NCBI GenBank assembly: GCA_964016885.1
Contig: OZ024743.1
Span: 249,736,001-249,800,000 of the forward strand
DNA length: 64,000 bases
From: Eledone cirrhosa
Taxonomy: Eukaryota
Direction of reading: 5' to 3'
How positions within the stretch are numbered: position 1 is the first letter of the stretch; every line of letters starts with the position of its first letter. Position numbers and translations under genes: made by a program. The notes below the pieces were generated by a model. The model saw nothing but the letters and a program-made list of their open reading frames with translations. It was not told where the DNA came from and made no database searches. Positions 58,660-64,000 of this stretch are shown here, piece after piece.

Positions 58660-59560
58660 ATAGGTGTCTTATACATGGCTGTATATTATACATGTGTGCG
58701 TCTTATACATTGTGGTGTCTTATACACTGGTGCATTTTATAAACAGATGCACCTTATTCACTAGTGTACCTTATACACAAGTGCACTTCATGCATCAGTG
58801 CACTTTATACACAGGCACATCTTATACATGGATGTATCTCATTCATGAATGTGTCTTATACAAGGGAACACAACATATACATGGAAGTCTTATATATGTG
58901 TGCATCTTATACATCAGAGCATCTTATACACCGGTGCACTCTATACACCAGTACACCTTATATATCATCACATTTAAAACATGGGTGCATTTTATTAATA
59001 GATACATCTTATATATATAGGTATGCCTTATATATGAGTACATCGTAAACATCAGTGCACCTTATACAGCAGTGTATCTTATCCACCAGTACAGTTAATT
59101 AACTGGTGTTTCTTATACACAGATTTTACTTATAAACAGATGCATCTTATACACAGAAGCACCTTATACACCAAGTCTTCTTATACACTAGTGTATCTTA
59201 TTCACCAGTATGTCTTATACACTGGTGTTTCTTATACACCAATGCAGCTTGTACACTGTTATGTCTTATACACATCTTATGAATAGACTAATCTTACACA
59301 CATCTATGCCATACACATTGGTGCAACTTATATACACATATGTGTGCCTTATGCACTGGTGTGGCATATACATCAGTATATTTTATACACCATTGCACCT
59401 TATACAACAATGCACCTTGTACACCAAATCATCTTATATATAGGTGTTTCTTATACACCAGCACGTCTTATACATTATCTTTATTATACAGGTGTTTATT
59501 ATATGCAGGCACATCTTTCATGTCTTATACATGAGTGCACCTTATATCCTGCGAAATAAT
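58660..59560 (+). repeat. Degenerate ~18-bp minisatellite (GGTGCACCTTATACACCA-like)
   Basis: CTTATACA recurs at ~18-bp spacing over ~900 bp; ends in GTGCACCTTATATCCTGCGAAATA. Confidence 0.85.
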
Positions 59561-60797
59561 CATAAATATGTCATTTCCTTTCATTTTAAACATATGATAT
59601 GTAATGAGAAAGTCTGTTAAAATAATGATTTCTACTATAGGCGCAAGGCCAGAAATTTTGGGGAAGGTGAAAGTTGATTAAATTGATCCCAGGGCATGAT
59701 TGATACTTTATTTTATCAACTCTGGAAGGATGAAAGGCAAAGATAACCGTGGCAGGATTTGAACTCAGAATGTAAAGAGCAATGACTCTATGCTGTAAAG
59801 CATGGTGTCTGACGCTCTACTGATACTGTCAATCCACCACCGAAAATAAGTTATAATAATTGTTTCTACTTTTGGCACAAGGCCAGCAATTATCCCAGTG
59901 CATTACTGGTACTTTATTTAATCAAACCTCGTAAGGATGAAAGACAAAGTTAACTTTGGCAGGATTAACATAAGTTATAATAATAAAATAATATTAATGT
60001 TTCAATATCAGCAAGAGCGATATCATCCATAAAACATAAATAAATGAATAAACAAATTAAGGAAAAAATTAATGGCAAACATTTCCATATCACTGGCATT
60101 GCTTTTGAAAGAAAAAACTTTGATTACAAATTATAGAAAACATATGTGTGTATGTATGAGTGTGTGTACATGTATGTTTGTAAGTATGTATGTATATATG
60201 TATGTATGTGTGTGTGTGTATGTATGTATGTATGTGAGTATGATTGTGCATGAGTATTTTGTGCATGTGTGAATATCTCATGTGTATATATATATATATT
60301 CATAGATAGATATACTCACATGTATAAATATATATGGCCGGAATAAGTGTTTTAATCATTTTTTAAAGAAAAGTTTTCTTTTTTTCCCCTCTCTATAGAT
60401 ATGTATGTTTATTAATTGCAACTTTTTAAGTATGATAGATACTGTGATTTCTAAAATATTTGATCAGCTTATGGACTAAGATAATAAATCATCAATGTGT
60501 TTATCAAAGTAAGACATGTTAAGTGTGGTGTCTATATATATATACACACACACATATACATATATATATATATTAGAAATATAAGCTATCGCCGTATTTT
60601 GACTAAAGAAATTAAAGAAATTATTTAGCCTGATAGTGGGGTTAAGAACCATCTGAGAAATGGAAAAAGATGAGTATTGACATACATGTACGTCAATACT
60701 CATCTTTGATAGCTTATATTTCTAATTTCAAACTCGTTCGGTGTTTCGAAAATATTCTTACTTGATATATATATATATACACATATCCAACATATAC

Positions 60798-60832
<35 letters not shown>

Positions 60833-61151
60833 TCTATCTGTATATAGGTATGCATTTGAAGTTTAAATATTTTGAGAAATGAAAGTGCAAAAAAGATAAT
60901 ATAAAAAGGATTTTCGAAATATTAAACATAAAAATTAAAGAAAAAATATCTATATTCTATAAAGGTTTCCTTGAAATACTTCCTGATCTATGGATCGGAT
61001 ATCTGACTGACATGTTTTTTTAATGTTTATATTCTACCTGCAATGATTGGTCAGTTAGTTTACTGAGCGGGTATTTATTATTAGAAAGTGTTTACTCTGC
61101 TCTACTAATATCTGGTTCATGACAGATTCTTGGATATATATATATATATAG

Positions 61152-61204
61152 ATGAGATTCTACAGGACTAGAACTGTTTCATTCTTTAGAAATCATCAGG
61201 AATC
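61152..61204 (-). ncRNA. Hammerhead ribozyme, left member of a divergent pair
   Basis: On -: GATTC-CTGATGA-tttc taaa gaat-GAAA-CAG ttctagtc CTG-TA-GAATC; intact core and stem III, GUA site. Confidence 0.8.
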
Positions 61205-61213
61205 ATGAGAATC

Positions 61214-61270
61214 ATGAGATTCCTGATGATTTCTAAAGAATGAAACAATTCTAGTCCTGTAGAATCTCAT
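61214..61270 (+). ncRNA. Hammerhead ribozyme, right member of a divergent pair
   Basis: ATGAGATTC-CTGATGA-tttc taaa gaat-GAAA-CAA ttctagtc CTG-TA-GAATCTCAT; perfect 9-bp stem I, one mismatch in stem III. Confidence 0.8.
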
Positions 61271-61349
61271 GTATATTAAAACTTTTATACTCTGCTATGT
61301 ATTGAGTACCTTACTTACTGTGGTTACCTCCGATTCAACCCGGAATAAC

Positions 61350-61403
<54 letters not shown>

Positions 61404-61414
61404 GCATATACATA

Positions 61415-61451
<37 letters not shown>

Positions 61452-61486
61452 GCATATACATATATATATGTATGTATATATATATA

Positions 61487-61550
<64 letters not shown>

Positions 61551-61585
61551 TATACATATATACGTATATATATATATGCATCCAT

Positions 61586-61642
<57 letters not shown>

Positions 61643-61991
61643 TGCATATACATATATATATATGCATGCATATTCATGTATACATATATATATATATGTG
61701 CATGCATATACATATATATGTATATATATACATATATATTTATATATATATATATATATGTGCGTGTGCATATATATATGTATGAGTATGTTGTGTATGT
61801 GTGTATGTATATATGTATATATAAGTGTGTGCATGTGTGTGTGTGTGAAGTGACACATAGCTTGACTGAGTTTCACAATGTAACACTGCAATAATTTAAC
61901 TCAGCAAGTTGGATAGATTCAACAGCCAAATGAATAAACAAATAAACAAATAGAAATAAAAAACAGCACCTTGAGTCTTTTTTTTGTTTAT

Positions 61992-62020
61992 ACTAGCAAA
62001 ATACCTGTGATTCACAGGAA
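61992..62020 (-). mobile_element. Helitron-like 3' terminus
   Basis: On -: CCTGTG aat CACAGG hairpin, 7 nt, then CTAG|T. Confidence 0.45.
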
Positions 62021-62242
62021 ATTTAACTAATAAAAACAACGCCGTACTTTAACATAGCATATTTCTTTTTTAATCAAATCTTTTAGCTTTCTCTTTTCAT
62101 ATTTTTGATATTTGTGAAAGAACGTGGCCCACAGCAGTGGCCCTTGAAAAAAATAATAAATATATTGTTCAGTATATTATGGTGTCGTTGTCGACGGTAA
62201 CAAAGACTAACGTTTCCCTTGGGTGGTAGTAGTAACCCTTAC

Positions 62243-62384
62243 CTGTCTTATTATTTTGATAGGGGACTCTGTTCAGTTGAACATCCTCTTCACTGCCTCC
62301 ACGGCCACTATCAGATGCTCCTGTCTCACCAGAATTTTCACTGTATGTATCTTCCATCTTAGCTAAATGTAATAAAGTTTTGTA
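62243..62384 (-). CDS. Protocadherin-like gene, cytoplasmic exon with CM1-like motif
   Basis: Pyrimidine-rich ttttcAG acceptor (phase 0); YKTLLHLAKMEDTYSENSGETGASDSGRGGSEEDVQLNRVPYQNNKT; G|gtaagg donor. DSGRGGSEED matches the protocadherin CM1-type motif. Cadherin repeats lie outside the window, so the family call rests on this motif. Confidence 0.8.
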
Positions 62385-62989
62385 CTGAAAAAGTACAGAA
62401 GGGAGAGAAAAGAAAAAGAAAAAAAAAAGAAACATTAATATGTGTGATATATATTTTAGAATCAAAACATATATATTTAATATTTTTAGACATACATTGA
62501 CACACACATACATACACACACATTTATATAAAGGGTAAAGTCACAAATGACCATGGGATTCACACCTAGAAAGTTCCCCTCCGAAGCACAGGTCCGGGCA
62601 AGGTTGTTTGTGTAAGACCAGCAGTCACCTATGCATACTGGTCTCCCCTCTCCACACCACCAATATTGTCAAAGGTAAAGGCAATGGCTGGTACAGCTTG
62701 GCATCAGTGATGTCACAACTCATTTCTACAGCTGAGTAAATTGGAGCAACATGAAGTAAAATGTCTTGCTCGCTCAAGAACATATATATATATGTATATA
62801 TATGTATACATATATATGTATATATATATATGTATATGTATATATACATATATATGAATGTTTAATTGGGTGTGTATATACATACATAATATAAGATGTA
62901 GGTAATCAGTAAAGGTGTCTAAAGTTAAGATATATGAGGACTTTGGGGTTAAGCTGGAATCCAAATTCAGATCAGCAAATAAAGTTTTC

Positions 62990-63990
62990 TGGCAGGTATC
63001 TGCTGACTTTGTAATAAGAAATCCTTTCTGATATCTGTTATCAGGAATACATCTGGGGTTCTCTTCTTTTTAGAGAGATGCATCCTTGCGAAGTGGAAAG
63101 AATACTTTGCTGATATCTTAAACCTGGTCACAACACCATCTTCTGAGCATCTGGGAGCAATGACCAGTCTTTTGGAGGCTAAGGTCACAAGAGCAATTAA
63201 AGAGCTCAAATGAGGCAAGGCTACTGGTGAGGATGAAATTTGGACAAGATATTAAGAGCCTTAAATAGAGAAGGTATTCCATGGCTGACTCATGTGTGCC
63301 AGCAGGCTTGGATCTCTGGAAAGGCACCTAAGCAATAACAATTGGCAGTGATAATCCCAATTTTCAAAAAGGGAGACAAGAGAGATTGCTCAATTATAGT
63401 GGGATCTCCTTGTTAAGTGTCTGGCAAAGAGATGTAGGGAGCTAGCTGATGAACAGTGTTATTTTCACCCGCACACAGCTCAGCTGACCTAATTTTCACA
63501 TTGCAGCAGGTCTTTGAGAAATCATAGGAGTACTGCCAAGAGGCGTATGCTTTCTTTGTAGATCTAGGAAAGGCATATGACCAACCTTGCACAGGACCTG
63601 CTGTGGAAGGTTCTGCAGGCGTATGGAATTGATGGATGGCTTCTTTTTGCCTTCATGCCTCTATACAAATGCTCTAGTATTTGTGTTCACATAAATGGTG
63701 CTAAGTCAAAACCATCCAATGTGGGTGTTAGACTCCACCAAGGGAATGTTTATGAATGATGGAAGGCATGAGGTTGAATTAAATGCAAGAATTGCAAGAG
63801 CTAGTGCAGTAATGCACCAGCTTCAGTATTTAGTAATCAGAAGAAAGGAGGTAGGTGTAAAAGCCAAACCCGCTATCTTCAATTCAGTATTCTTGTTGTC
63901 AACCCTTACCTATGGTCATAATTCTTGGGTAATGACTAAAAGAATACAAGTGACTGAAATAGGGTTCTTCTCTCCGAATTGAGATATCTC
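62990..63990 (+). mobile_element. Decayed RTE-clade LINE reverse transcriptase fragment
   Basis: GKATGEDEI, PIFKKGDKRDCSNYSGISLLS, FVDLGKAYD, VGVRLHQG, ELNARIARAS, TLTYGHNSWVMT, with stops and deletions. Confidence 0.85.
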
Positions 63991-64000
63991 AGCTCTGATA

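Overview
AT-rich, microsatellite-laden animal DNA, most likely an octopus (inferred from the SINE families, the huge (TA)n tracts and a cephalopod-type protocadherin tail). Two host genes converge tail to tail. On + are the last three coding exons of an SLC22 organic cation/anion transporter (242-3410). On - are the last two cytoplasmic exons of a protocadherin (62384-62243 and 35836-35328), separated by a ~26 kb intron. The rest is mostly transposon-derived: an internally deleted mariner, a near full-length decayed Tx1/L1-clade LINE, an R4/Dong-type RLE LINE fragment, RTE fragments, two Penelope-like (GIY-YIG) elements with inverted termini, MITEs, Helitron-like pieces and dozens of tRNA-SINEs. 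The strongest unexplained signal is a set of about a dozen intact-looking or decayed minimal type-I hammerhead ribozyme motifs with palindromic stem III. They sit in Penelope termini and in short non-coding 'inverted arm + tail' elements embedded in (TA)n. They include a CAGANGA (U4A) core variant shared by four copies of one Penelope family, and a divergent twin-hammerhead palindrome about 1 kb inside the protocadherin intron. All folds were paired by eye; no activity is shown.
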